In this document: piece by piece, positions 47,245-55,948 of the stretch | Numbering within the stretch: position 1 is the stretch's first letter | Layout of the letters: the number at the start of each line of letters is the position of its first letter | NCBI GenBank assembly: GCA_045659745.1 | Contig: JAZRCL010000073.1 | Coordinates: 732-64,731, forward strand | Length of the DNA: 64,000 nucleotides | Direction of reading: 5' to 3' | Source of the DNA: Eubacteriales bacterium | GTDB taxonomy: Bacteria > Bacillota > Clostridia > Oscillospirales > CAG-272 | Program-made: the position numbers and the translations under genes | The notes under the pieces: generated by a model | Database searches by the model: none | What the model was told of the DNA's origin: nothing | What the model saw: only the letters and a program-made list of their open reading frames with translations

Positions 47245-48378
47245 TTAGTGTGTAGTTTTTTTCTCCATCTGACGCTTATGCTTTGCAACGATGCTTGTTA
47301 TCTTCTTTGCAGGATCAAGCAGACCGCTGATGGTCGCGTCGTGGTTGAGTGTGTCGATAATGTAGGAAACGTACTTACACATATTTACGTCAACGTGCCA
47401 AGGTCTTTCAAGAAGTCCGGGACGGCGGTAAATAAGGTTAGTAGTGAATACTCTGCAGATGAGCCCTTCCTCAAACGCCTTGTCAAACTTATCAAATCCG
47501 CCCGTAAAGAGACCAAAGGAAGCAAAAGCGAATATTCTCTTTGCTCCTCTTTCCTTAAGCTGTGAGCAAACGTCAAGCAAAGAGTCGCCCGACGAGATCA
47601 TATCGTCAACGATAATAACGTCCTTGCCCGTGAGGTCCTTGCCGAGATATTCGTGAGCCTCAATGGGGTTCTTTCCGTTTACGATTACCGAATAATTACG
47701 GCGCTTGTAGAACATACCGATGTCAAGACCAAGCACGGAGGAATAGTACATACATCTGGACATCGCTCCCTCGTCGGGAGAAATCATCATAAGGTGATCC
47801 TTGTCGATAATTATATCGGGAACCGCTCTGATGAGAGCCTTGACCATCTGATAAGAGGGTCTTACGTTATCAAATCCCGAAAGCGGGATAGCGTTTGAAA
47901 TTCTTGCATCGTGAGCGTCAAACGTGATTATGTTTGATACACCCATAGCCACAAGCTCCTGAAGCATAATTGCGCAGTCAAGCGACTCGCGGGTGCTTCT
48001 CTTGTGCTGTCTGCCCTCGTAGAGCATAGGCATTATAACGGTAATTCTTCTTGCCTTACCTGCTATTGCCGCTATAATTCTCTTGAGATCTGCATAGTGA
48101 TCGTCGGGGCTCATAGGTACTTCCATACCGTGCATACGGTACTTTACGCCAAAGTTAAATGTGTCGCAGAATATATAGACGTCCTGTCCTCTCATTGACT
48201 GGTGGATAACTGCCTTGCCCTCGCCTGTTCCGAATCTCGGACAAACGACCTCTGCAAGATAGGTGTCCTCGCTATTATGTCTGCGCCAGTCCTTGAGGTA
48301 GTTGTCAACCTGCTCGACGAAGCTCTCGCTTCCCTTCATACCTATGACGCTCAATTCGGCAATTTGTGCTTCCTTCAT
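47245..48378 (-). CDS. prs: Ribose-phosphate diphosphokinase (long form)
   Basis: RBS ggagga. DAHD and the VIIVDDMISSGDS PRPP-binding loop. Confidence 0.85.
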   Translation of the reverse strand: MKEAQIAELSVIGMKGSESFVEQVDNYLKDWRRHNSEDTYLAEVVCPRFGTGEGKAVIHQSMRGQDVYIFCDTFNFGVKYRMHGMEVPMSPDDHYADLKRIIAAIAGKARRITVIMPMLYEGRQHKRSTRESLDCAIMLQELVAMGVSNIITFDAHDARISNAIPLSGFDNVRPSYQMVKALIRAVPDIIIDKDHLMMISPDEGAMSRCMYYSSVLGLDIGMFYKRRNYSVIVNGKNPIEAHEYLGKDLTGKDVIIVDDMISSGDSLLDVCSQLKERGAKRIFAFASFGLFTGGFDKFDKAFEEGLICRVFTTNLIYRRPGLLERPWHVDVNMCKYVSYIIDTLNHDATISGLLDPAKKITSIVAKHKRQMEKKTTH

Positions 48379-48450
48379 CTTTTTCCTCCAAATACTTGTC
48401 TTTCTGTGGTTATGTTTTTTGCTTGCTTTTCAAGTTATTTATCTGAATTA

Positions 48451-49923
48451 TTACTGAAGCTTGCAGAACTTTTCGTAAGCTGCATCCCATGCTCCGCGCT
48501 GAGTTGTGGGCTCGTAGTGCTTCATCTCGAAGGAGTTTCTTACCACCTCACGAGCCTGAGCGAGATCAGCTACCTCACCTGCAGCTATTGCCTGCATCAT
48601 AAGGTTACCGATAGATGTTGCCTCCTCGGGACCTGCGCATACGTGGATACCGCAAGCGTCTGCAGTCATCTGAGAGAGGAACTTATCCTTTGTGCCGCCG
48701 CCTACGACGTTGATCATCTTTGTCTTCTTGCCGTTGAGCTTTTCAATAGTTTCAACTGTGTATCTGTACTTGAGAGCGAGAGATTCGTAAATGCAACGAA
48801 CTACCTCGCCTACGCTCTCGGGAACGTGCTGACCTGTCATGCGGCAGTAGTCACGGATCTTTTCGGGCATGTTGCCGGGAGTACCGAATGTGTAGTAGTC
48901 AGGATTGATGAGTGACTGGAAGGGTGTTGCCTCTTTAGCCCAAGCCTCCATCTGTGCGAAGCTATAGTCCTTACCCTCACGCTTCCACTGACGTCTGGAT
49001 TCCTGAATGATCCAAAGACCCATAATGTTCTTGAGGAATCTTATTGTACCAAGCGCGCCACCCTCGTTTGTGAAGTTAGCAAGTCTTGTTGCGTCGTTGA
49101 TGAGGGGCTGCTTAAGCTCGCCGCCCATGAGCGACCATGTGCCGCTTGATATGTAGATAAAGTCGTCGTTAGTTGCAGGAACAGAGATAACTGCGCTTGC
49201 AGTATCGTGAGAAGCGACGGTATATACCTTGATATTGTTCTTACCAACCTCCTCGTTGATCTGAGGAAGAAGTCCGCCAAGGCACGTGCCGGGCTGAACG
49301 AGAGGAGCGAAGAGCGAACGCTTGATGCCGAGCTTGTCGGTAAGATCGTAAGAGATCTCTCTCTTTGCCGCATCAAGTATCATACCCGTGGAAGCGATTG
49401 TGTATTCCATAGCCATCTTACCTGTGAGGAAGTAGTTAAGAAGGTCAGGAGTAAAGAGCATTTTTTCTGCTCTGTCAAGAAGCTCGGCATCATCACGTTT
49501 GTCAGCAGCGAGCTGATTGAGAGTGTTGAAGTCACAAGCCTGAATACCTGTCACGTTGTAGATCTCTTCGGGAGAAACGAAATTCTTTACGTAATCGGTG
49601 ATATTTACCGTTCTGGTATCTCTGTAATGCGCGGGGTTGCCCATCATATAGCCGTTCTTGTCGATAAGGCCGTAGTCAACGCCCCAGGTATCAATACCCA
49701 TAGAGGATACGTTGTCGCCCTCAATAACGGTCTTTGTGATGGAGTTCTTGATCTCGAAGAAGATTCTGAGGATGTCCCAGGTGAATCTTCCGTTTACGAA
49801 AACGGGGTCGTTAGAGAAACGGTGATTTTCTCTGAGTGTAAGCTTTTCTCCGTCGAACGAGCCGACGATGCCTCTACCGCTGGACGCGCCGAGGTCGATG
49901 GCGAGCATCTTTAATTCTGCCAT
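48451..49923 (-). CDS. rhaB: Rhamnulokinase-like FGGY carbohydrate kinase
   Basis: MLAIDLGASSGRGIVG...LRENHRFSN...RFTWDI closely parallels the RhaB N-terminus. GGGTKD is the C-terminal FGGY motif. Confidence 0.75.
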   Translation of the reverse strand: MAELKMLAIDLGASSGRGIVGSFDGEKLTLRENHRFSNDPVFVNGRFTWDILRIFFEIKNSITKTVIEGDNVSSMGIDTWGVDYGLIDKNGYMMGNPAHYRDTRTVNITDYVKNFVSPEEIYNVTGIQACDFNTLNQLAADKRDDAELLDRAEKMLFTPDLLNYFLTGKMAMEYTIASTGMILDAAKREISYDLTDKLGIKRSLFAPLVQPGTCLGGLLPQINEEVGKNNIKVYTVASHDTASAVISVPATNDDFIYISSGTWSLMGGELKQPLINDATRLANFTNEGGALGTIRFLKNIMGLWIIQESRRQWKREGKDYSFAQMEAWAKEATPFQSLINPDYYTFGTPGNMPEKIRDYCRMTGQHVPESVGEVVRCIYESLALKYRYTVETIEKLNGKKTKMINVVGGGTKDKFLSQMTADACGIHVCAGPEEATSIGNLMMQAIAAGEVADLAQAREVVRNSFEMKHYEPTTQRGAWDAAYEKFCKLQ

Positions 49924-50091
49924 AGTTATAACCCTTCCTTTCTTGGTTACGGTACTGTGTCCGCATCCTTAAAAACATAATTTTGCATTTTATTCAGTTA
50001 TAATCATTATATCATAAGAGGAATTTTTTTGTATGAATTTTTTGTTAACAAGTTCTGCCTTTTCAAAATATTTTATCTTTCGACAAATGTC

Positions 50092-50117
50092 ACGCCCCTG
50101 TGTGTCGGCATAAAATA
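50092..50117 (+). promoter_or_regulatory. Possible sigK-type promoter of dpaAB
   Basis: CATAAAATA (50109-50117) matches the sigK -10 CATAnnnTA exactly. AC lies 15 nt upstream, a slightly short spacer. spoVF (dpaAB) is sigK-dependent in B. subtilis. Confidence 0.3.
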
Positions 50118-50149
50118 GGAATGAGTAGTTTTTCTTTACGGAGGCGAAT

Positions 50150-51064
50150 ATGAAAATTATTAAATATAGATTTACACTTATCGGAGGAGACAAGCGCATA
50201 GTTGCATTGGCAAAAATTTTAGCTTCTCGCGGACATACTGTCAACGCATGTAATTTGAGCGAGGATCTGTCGGCATATAGCGGTATTAAGGTATATAGCA
50301 GCTTTGATCGGGCTATTGCAGACGGAGATTTTACAGTGCTCCCTATGCCAATATCGCGTGATGGAGCTCACGTACTCTCTAACGTTGGAGACGTCGACGA
50401 GCAGATCCTTATAGCTGATGTTTTCGACTGCGCCAAGAGGTGCGGTGTCAAGTATATTCTTGGCGGAAACATAAGCAAAAGCATCAAGGAGTTGGCGGAA
50501 AATAAGGGAGTTTCCCTTGTTGATTATTCCCTGTCCGAGCAGTTTTTGCAGAGCAACGCCGACTCCACCGCCGAGGGCGGCATAATGGTGGCTATGGAAA
50601 ACACCGACGTGACGGTAAAGGATAGCAAAGTACTTGTCGGCGGATACGGACGGATAGCAAAATATCTCTCAAAGCTCTTGCTTTCAATGGGAGCTGACGT
50701 GACGGTTGCCGCGAGAGGTGACGAGGCGTTGAGTCACGCATCATCTCTTGGCTGCAACGGGGTAAAGATAGGAGACTCGGGCAATCCCGAAAAATTCAAG
50801 CAGGCTATACAAAACAGTCAGATAATATTCAACACAGTTCCCTCCATGATTTTTACGGAGGAGCTTATAGGAAACAAAAGCTCTGCGACGTATATTGAGC
50901 TTGCGTCCTGCCCCGGCGGAATTGATCTCCGCGCGGCGCGAGAGGCAGGTATGAAGATAATTTTTGCGCCCTCGCTCCCCGGAAGATATTCTCCCGAGAG
51001 CGCGGGCAAATACATTTTTGAGAGCATATACCAAAATCTCAAAGAAAGGGTTATTTATATATGA
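50150..51064 (+). CDS. dpaA: Dipicolinate synthase subunit A
   Basis: RBS ggagg. FTLIGGDKR opening and the GYGRIAKYL Rossmann motif. The gene is coupled to dpaB by an ATGA overlap. Confidence 0.85.
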   Translation: MKIIKYRFTLIGGDKRIVALAKILASRGHTVNACNLSEDLSAYSGIKVYSSFDRAIADGDFTVLPMPISRDGAHVLSNVGDVDEQILIADVFDCAKRCGVKYILGGNISKSIKELAENKGVSLVDYSLSEQFLQSNADSTAEGGIMVAMENTDVTVKDSKVLVGGYGRIAKYLSKLLLSMGADVTVAARGDEALSHASSLGCNGVKIGDSGNPEKFKQAIQNSQIIFNTVPSMIFTEELIGNKSSATYIELASCPGGIDLRAAREAGMKIIFAPSLPGRYSPESAGKYIFESIYQNLKERVIYI

Positions 51065-51618
51065 TAGGCTTTGCAATGTGCGGCTCATTTTGCAGCTTTG
51101 ATAAGTCATATAAAGCCCTTGAGAAGCTCAAGGATAAATATGACGTAGTTCCAATAATGAGTAATAACGCGTATTATACAGATACAAGATTCGGAAAGGC
51201 TTCCGAATGGAATCAGAAAGTTGCGACTCTGTGCGACAGACCGATAATCCACTCAATAGGCGAGGCGGAGCCGTTAGGACCGAAGGCGGCGCTTGAAGCG
51301 CTTGTTATCTGCCCTTGCACGGGCAACACGCTTGCCAAAATTGCAAACGGCATCACCGACACACCCGTGTGTATGGCGGCAAAGGCGCATCTGCGGTGCG
51401 ACCGTCCCCTGCTTATCGCCTTGGCGTCAAACGACGCAATGTCCGCAAACCTTGCGAACATTTCAAAGCTTCTGGTGCGAAAAAATATATATTTCGTGCC
51501 TATGTGTCAGGACGATCCCGACAAAAAACCGCACTCGCTTGTATCGGACTTTTCGCAGGTGCCCGACGCGCTTGAAGCAGCGCTCAATGGCAAGCAGCTC
51601 AGGAAGATGTTTTTGTGA
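51061..51618 (+). CDS. dpaB: Dipicolinate synthase subunit B
   Basis: IGFAMCGSFCSF and ICPCTGNTLAKIANGITD, flavoprotein-fold SpoVFB motifs. Confidence 0.85.
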   Translation: MIGFAMCGSFCSFDKSYKALEKLKDKYDVVPIMSNNAYYTDTRFGKASEWNQKVATLCDRPIIHSIGEAEPLGPKAALEALVICPCTGNTLAKIANGITDTPVCMAAKAHLRCDRPLLIALASNDAMSANLANISKLLVRKNIYFVPMCQDDPDKKPHSLVSDFSQVPDALEAALNGKQLRKMFL

Positions 51619-51619
51619 C

Positions 51620-51652
51620 AAAAAAGCCTTGCCGCGTGGCAAGGCTTTTTTC
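51620..51652. terminator. Bidirectional rho-independent terminator
   Basis: aaaaagccttgcc / ggcaaggcttttt stem. Confidence 0.85.
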
Positions 51653-51665
51653 TATTATTAGGTCA

Positions 51666-52220
51666 TTATGTGTCTTCTCTTGTAATTTCTACTTCAATTT
51701 GTGCTCTTTCTCCAACGAATTTCACATAATATATCTCGTCTTTATTGGCAATAAACTTGACATTTTCATTGGAGTCAATAGGTATATTATATAAAATTTG
51801 ATTATCTTCATCAGTGATTACAATTTTAAGGTTTCCACTTTTAACAGTTGAGTTTATGTTATATGAAACTTCTTTTCCATCTCCAAGGTATGCATTGGCT
51901 ACATACACTCCTGTAAGCATTCTTATATTGGTTTTAACATAAGAGGAATCACAATCTTCAAAAGGTCCTTCTATACCACTTCTATTATGATATTTCGACG
52001 AATCACGCCGCCTATATGCGTGATATTCTTCTGTGTACATCGAAATCATTTCATCGGTTATTATAGCCAACTCCTTGCTTTCACCGTTTTTATCTTCAAG
52101 TTGATAAGACATTTCCAACCTATGCTTTTTATAGAAAAGAATAACCGAAACGGCAATAATTAAACATGTAAGTACGACAATAGATACTATTATAAAGATT
52201 TTCTTTAGTTTATTATTCAT
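51666..52220 (-). CDS. Hypothetical N-terminally anchored protein (184 aa), AT-rich
   Basis: RBS aaagga. TM anchor IFIIVSIVVLTCLIIAVSVILF, then a beta-strand-rich ectodomain. I recognise no family. Confidence 0.55.
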   Translation of the reverse strand: MNNKLKKIFIIVSIVVLTCLIIAVSVILFYKKHRLEMSYQLEDKNGESKELAIITDEMISMYTEEYHAYRRRDSSKYHNRSGIEGPFEDCDSSYVKTNIRMLTGVYVANAYLGDGKEVSYNINSTVKSGNLKIVITDEDNQILYNIPIDSNENVKFIANKDEIYYVKFVGERAQIEVEITREDT

Positions 52221-52268
52221 CAGTATTGTTCCTTTCTTCAGAGATGGTGGTATTGGCGTTAATTTCTT

Positions 52269-52327
52269 TTAATACAAATCCCCCGGCTTAAAGGTATATT
52301 TGGAATTGCATAATCTGCAAATTATCT
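52269..52327 (-). repeat. Divergent 59-bp duplicate of the hslO 3' end including its stop codon (partner copy at 52641-52699)
   Basis: 53 of 59 positions are identical by my hand alignment, including a 20-bp perfect core tacaaatcccccggcttaaa. This copy translates to [18 protein letters not shown] against [19 protein letters not shown] in hslO. Confidence 0.85.
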
Positions 52328-52338
52328 ATACTAGGAAA

Positions 52339-52593
52339 TCAAAGCACATATGCAATATGGAACGTATCTAAATTATTTTGCAATGTATATTGCTCCAAAA
52401 ACATGTAATTTACAACTTGATTTATAGTTCCAGAAAAAATATTTTCTTCTATATGACAATCATAGATAAAATAATGGATTTCATTATTTTTGCAGTTATC
52501 ATAATCAGGTGTTAATAAATATTGGCTTTGGCAACAAGAAAATTCTATTTCTCGCCCTTGGTTCAAATATAATACTAATCTGTTAATATCCAT
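52339..52593 (-). CDS. Hypothetical protein (84 aa), AT-rich, between the two hslO 3'-end copies
   Basis: RBS aaggag. I recognise no family. Confidence 0.5.
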   Translation of the reverse strand: MDINRLVLYLNQGREIEFSCCQSQYLLTPDYDNCKNNEIHYFIYDCHIEENIFSGTINQVVNYMFLEQYTLQNNLDTFHIAYVL

Positions 52594-52640
52594 TTTATAG
52601 CCTTTTCTCCTTTTTCAATAAATCGTATTATGACAGATTA

Positions 52641-53519
52641 TTAGTACAAATCCCCCGGCTTAAACGTATATTTCGAATTACAGAATCTGCAAACTATCTC
52701 GAGTTCCTCGGGCTTGCCCTCGGCGATCTGCTCGGCAAAGAGCTTTTCAAGGTCGGTTTTGCCAATGGATACAAGCGCCTGCTTCATTCTCTCTTCGGAG
52801 CATGTGCAGAGGTAGTCCACGTCTATCTCGTCGAACAAGTCGTATTCTATTCCCTCCATAGTCATCTTGAGGATTTCCTGATTGTCCATTCCCTCCTCAA
52901 AAAGGCGGGAAACATTTGAGAGCTTGGGTATATTCTTTTCTATCTGCGACACGGTCTCCTCATCTGCAAAAGGAAGAAGCTGAATGATAATTCCGCCCGC
53001 CGCCTTGCACGACCAGTCGGTATCTACAAGCACGCCGAGTGAGCAAACGGTGGGTACCTGCTCGCTCTCCGCGTAGTAGGTCGCTATATCCTCTGCAATC
53101 TCGCCCGACACAAGCTCAACCGAGCCGTTATAAGGCTCGCCGTCACCGATGTCCTTTATCATATTGAGAAATCCGCGTCCGACAGCTCCGCCTACGTCAA
53201 GCTTTCCGTTGGACTTGAGAGGCAGATCAACCTCGGGATTCTGGATATATCCGCGCACGTTTCCGATATAGTCGGACGTGACGATAACGCGTCCCGCAGG
53301 TCCGTCGCCGTAAAGGGATACGGTCACGCTGTCCTCTTTTTCTCCAAGCATACAACCAATCATGGACGTAGCTGTGAGAAGTCTGCCAAGGGTTGCCGTT
53401 GCGGTGGGAGTTGTATTGTGATATTTAATTGCCTGATTGACAATTTCAGTTGAATTTATTACGTGTATTCTCGCGCTGCCGTCACTCGTCATTGCGCGCA
53501 AAATTTTTGATTGAGACAT
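52641..53519 (-). CDS. hslO: Hsp33-family redox-regulated chaperone
   Basis: RBS agagga. The C-terminal zinc centre is CTCS...CRFC. Confidence 0.9.
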   Translation of the reverse strand: MSQSKILRAMTSDGSARIHVINSTEIVNQAIKYHNTTPTATATLGRLLTATSMIGCMLGEKEDSVTVSLYGDGPAGRVIVTSDYIGNVRGYIQNPEVDLPLKSNGKLDVGGAVGRGFLNMIKDIGDGEPYNGSVELVSGEIAEDIATYYAESEQVPTVCSLGVLVDTDWSCKAAGGIIIQLLPFADEETVSQIEKNIPKLSNVSRLFEEGMDNQEILKMTMEGIEYDLFDEIDVDYLCTCSEERMKQALVSIGKTDLEKLFAEQIAEGKPEELEIVCRFCNSKYTFKPGDLY

Positions 53520-53534
53520 TGTTTTTTCCTCTTT

Positions 53535-54317
53535 TTATTTTTTTGCTCTCGCTACTACATACCAGCGAGTATCATTGTCTGTGGCTTTGGTAAAATTATA
53601 ATCTCCAAAAAATCCGATCACCTCAAAGCCTGCGCCCTCAAGAGCTGTCTTTATCTCCAACGAGTCAAAGCATCTTTCGGTCTGTATTTCGTCGGTGCGG
53701 GTATATTTGCCGTCCTCGCCCTCCTCAAACACACTCAGATAAAAGCTGCAGAGCTTACTCTCCTTGTCATATTCATTCTGCCACGCGCAAAGGACTGATC
53801 TTCCGTCAAGCTCTGTCTCGTGGATATAGGAGTTGTCGGCGTATATGTTTTCAAATTTATAAGGCGTGTTTACGTCAAATATAAAAAGTCCGTCGGGGTC
53901 AAGATAATTATGAACGCAAGCAAAGCAAGACTCAAGCTCTCCGTCGCCCGCAAGATAGTTTATACTGTCAAGGCAACACGTGACTGCACCCACTGTGCCG
54001 TAAAGCTCAAAGGCGCGCATATCCTGTCTAAGATACAAAATTCCGCTCATTTCGCAGTCGTACATTCTGTTATACGCCTCGGCGAGCATATCCTCGCTGC
54101 CGTCAACACCTATCATATCGTATCCACGGCGCGCGAGCTCAAGTGTCATGCTTCCCGTGCCGCAGGCGAGGTCAAGCAGGAGTGAGGGCTTGTTTTTTAG
54201 ATATTTGTTAAAGCAGGTTTCGACAAAATCCGCCCATGCAGAATAGTCTATCTCTGAATTTATCTTGTCGTATATTTCTGATATCGAGCCATAGCCCGAA
54301 TAAGTATTCTCTGCCAT
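53535..54317 (-). CDS. Class I SAM-dependent methyltransferase
   Basis: LLDLACGTGSMTLELARRG (motif I) and GVDGSEDML. I prefer the ATG at 54317, one nt after the upstream stop, to the TTG at 54356. Confidence 0.8.
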   Translation of the reverse strand: MAENTYSGYGSISEIYDKINSEIDYSAWADFVETCFNKYLKNKPSLLLDLACGTGSMTLELARRGYDMIGVDGSEDMLAEAYNRMYDCEMSGILYLRQDMRAFELYGTVGAVTCCLDSINYLAGDGELESCFACVHNYLDPDGLFIFDVNTPYKFENIYADNSYIHETELDGRSVLCAWQNEYDKESKLCSFYLSVFEEGEDGKYTRTDEIQTERCFDSLEIKTALEGAGFEVIGFFGDYNFTKATDNDTRWYVVARAKK

Positions 54318-54318
54318 A

Positions 54319-54624
54319 TTATTTATGCTTTTTTTCCTCAATTTTGATATTTTCAATCACCTTGCTGTATCCGCCGTTGCCGTACTTTATGCAATGGTTT
54401 ACGCGGCTTATGGTCGCGGTGCTGAGTCCTGTTTGAGCCGCTATTTCGGAATAAACGTACCCGTCGCTGAGCATTTTTGCCGCCTTTATTCTGCGCGACA
54501 TTTCCTGAAGCTCAGAGACCGTGCAAAGGTCCTCGAAAAAGTTCTTGCAGTCCTCGGGATTTTCAAGAGTTATTATTCCCTTGTAGAGGTATTCAATGTC
54601 TGCATCGAATTTAGAGTTTTTCAT
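54319..54624 (-). CDS. YerC/YecD-family TrpR-like protein
   Basis: FFEDLCTVSELQEMSRR and GLSTATISRVNHC. Confidence 0.8.
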   Translation of the reverse strand: MKNSKFDADIEYLYKGIITLENPEDCKNFFEDLCTVSELQEMSRRIKAAKMLSDGYVYSEIAAQTGLSTATISRVNHCIKYGNGGYSKVIENIKIEEKKHK

Positions 54625-54764
54625 AGGCTTGTACCGTCCTCTTTATTATTAGATGGGGCTCTGTGTATATTTTACCATTTTAGAGCGCTAAAGTAAAGGG
54701 GGTTTGCAAAAATTTTTATATTCCAAAAAATTAAACAATAAGTTTAGTTTTTGAAAATAATATA

Positions 54765-54793
54765 TTGACTTTGCAAAATAAATATTATATAAT
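54765..54793 (+). promoter_or_regulatory. SigA-type promoter
   Basis: TTGACT, 17 nt, then TATAAT (54788-54793). Confidence 0.6.
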
Positions 54794-54838
54794 AATATTT
54801 AGATAGTCAAAATACATTGACGAAAGGATTTTAGTCAA

Positions 54839-55921
54839 ATGACAGGAATTAAAATAGGACAGAAAATTCGTTTACTCCGAAAGAAAAACGATACTACGCA
54901 GGAAAAGCTTGCGGCGTATCTGAACGTGACTCCTCAGGCGGTTTCCCGTTGGGAGTCCGAGATATGCTATCCCGATATTGAGACTCTGCCCCTTATTGCC
55001 GATTTTTTCGGCGTAGGCATGGACGAGCTTCTCTGCTACGACAGCGTGCAAAAGGAAAGCAAGATAAAGGATTATCTCGCTCAGGCAGAGAGACTTGAGG
55101 ACGAGGAGAATATGACGGCGTGTCTTGAGCTTTTGCGTGAGGCGTATGCAGAGATTCCCTCCTCATTTGAGATTCAGCTTGAGCTTGCAAAGGTGCTTTC
55201 CGCAATAAACGCGGACAAGCCCAAAAAGGCAGACCTTGCAGAAGCTATATCGCTTTGCAATCACGTGCTTGATTACTGCACGGACGACGAGCTTCGTGAC
55301 GATACAAAGAAAACTCTTTGCGATATATATTCGCATCAGCTCCGCAACGATAAGGCGGCGCTTGATATTGCCGAAAAGCTTCACAGCATGGATTATAGCA
55401 AGGAGATAGTCAAGGCTACTGTGCTTACGGGAGATATCGCATTCCGTCAGGCGCAGACCAATATCATTGAGTTTGCGGACAATATCTGGTGGCATATATA
55501 CAATATTGCTTGTGTACCGGACATTTCAGAAAATAACTATTCCCTTGAGCAGAAGATTCAGGTAATGGAAAAAGGTATCGCGCTCTTTGACGTTATATTC
55601 GGCGACGGACTTCTCTATTATAACGACAGAATTGCGAACTCCTACCGTCAGCTTGCCATGCTCTATCTTATGCAGGGCGACCGAACAAAAGCTCTTGACT
55701 GCGTTGAAAAGATGGCGCAGTATGCAATAGCTTTTGATACGCGTCCCGATAACGTGAACTATTCCTCTATACTTATCAATAAGGTCGAGCATACAAGAGG
55801 AAACGACGTCAGCCTTTGCTCCAAGCTCCTCCGCGGCAGATTCTCAAGCAGAATCTGGGCGCCTATCAAGAGCGAGGCAAGATTTGTAGCGGCAATATCC
55901 GCTATGGAAAAACACATTTGA
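54839..55921 (+). CDS. XRE-family HTH regulator with a long helical (TPR-like) C-terminal domain
   Basis: IGQKIRLLRKKNDTTQEKLAAYLNVTPQAVSRWE is the HTH_3 domain. It is followed by about 290 aa of helical-repeat-looking sequence. Confidence 0.75.
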   Translation: MTGIKIGQKIRLLRKKNDTTQEKLAAYLNVTPQAVSRWESEICYPDIETLPLIADFFGVGMDELLCYDSVQKESKIKDYLAQAERLEDEENMTACLELLREAYAEIPSSFEIQLELAKVLSAINADKPKKADLAEAISLCNHVLDYCTDDELRDDTKKTLCDIYSHQLRNDKAALDIAEKLHSMDYSKEIVKATVLTGDIAFRQAQTNIIEFADNIWWHIYNIACVPDISENNYSLEQKIQVMEKGIALFDVIFGDGLLYYNDRIANSYRQLAMLYLMQGDRTKALDCVEKMAQYAIAFDTRPDNVNYSSILINKVEHTRGNDVSLCSKLLRGRFSSRIWAPIKSEARFVAAISAMEKHI

Positions 55922-55948
55922 TAACAGAAAGGTTGAATGGTGACTGAT

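Noticed and set aside
55922-55948. I looked for a ZTP (pfl) or THF riboswitch upstream of fhs.
   Set aside because: The intergenic space is under 30 nt, too short for any riboswitch. fhs is probably read through from, or promoted within, the upstream regulator gene.
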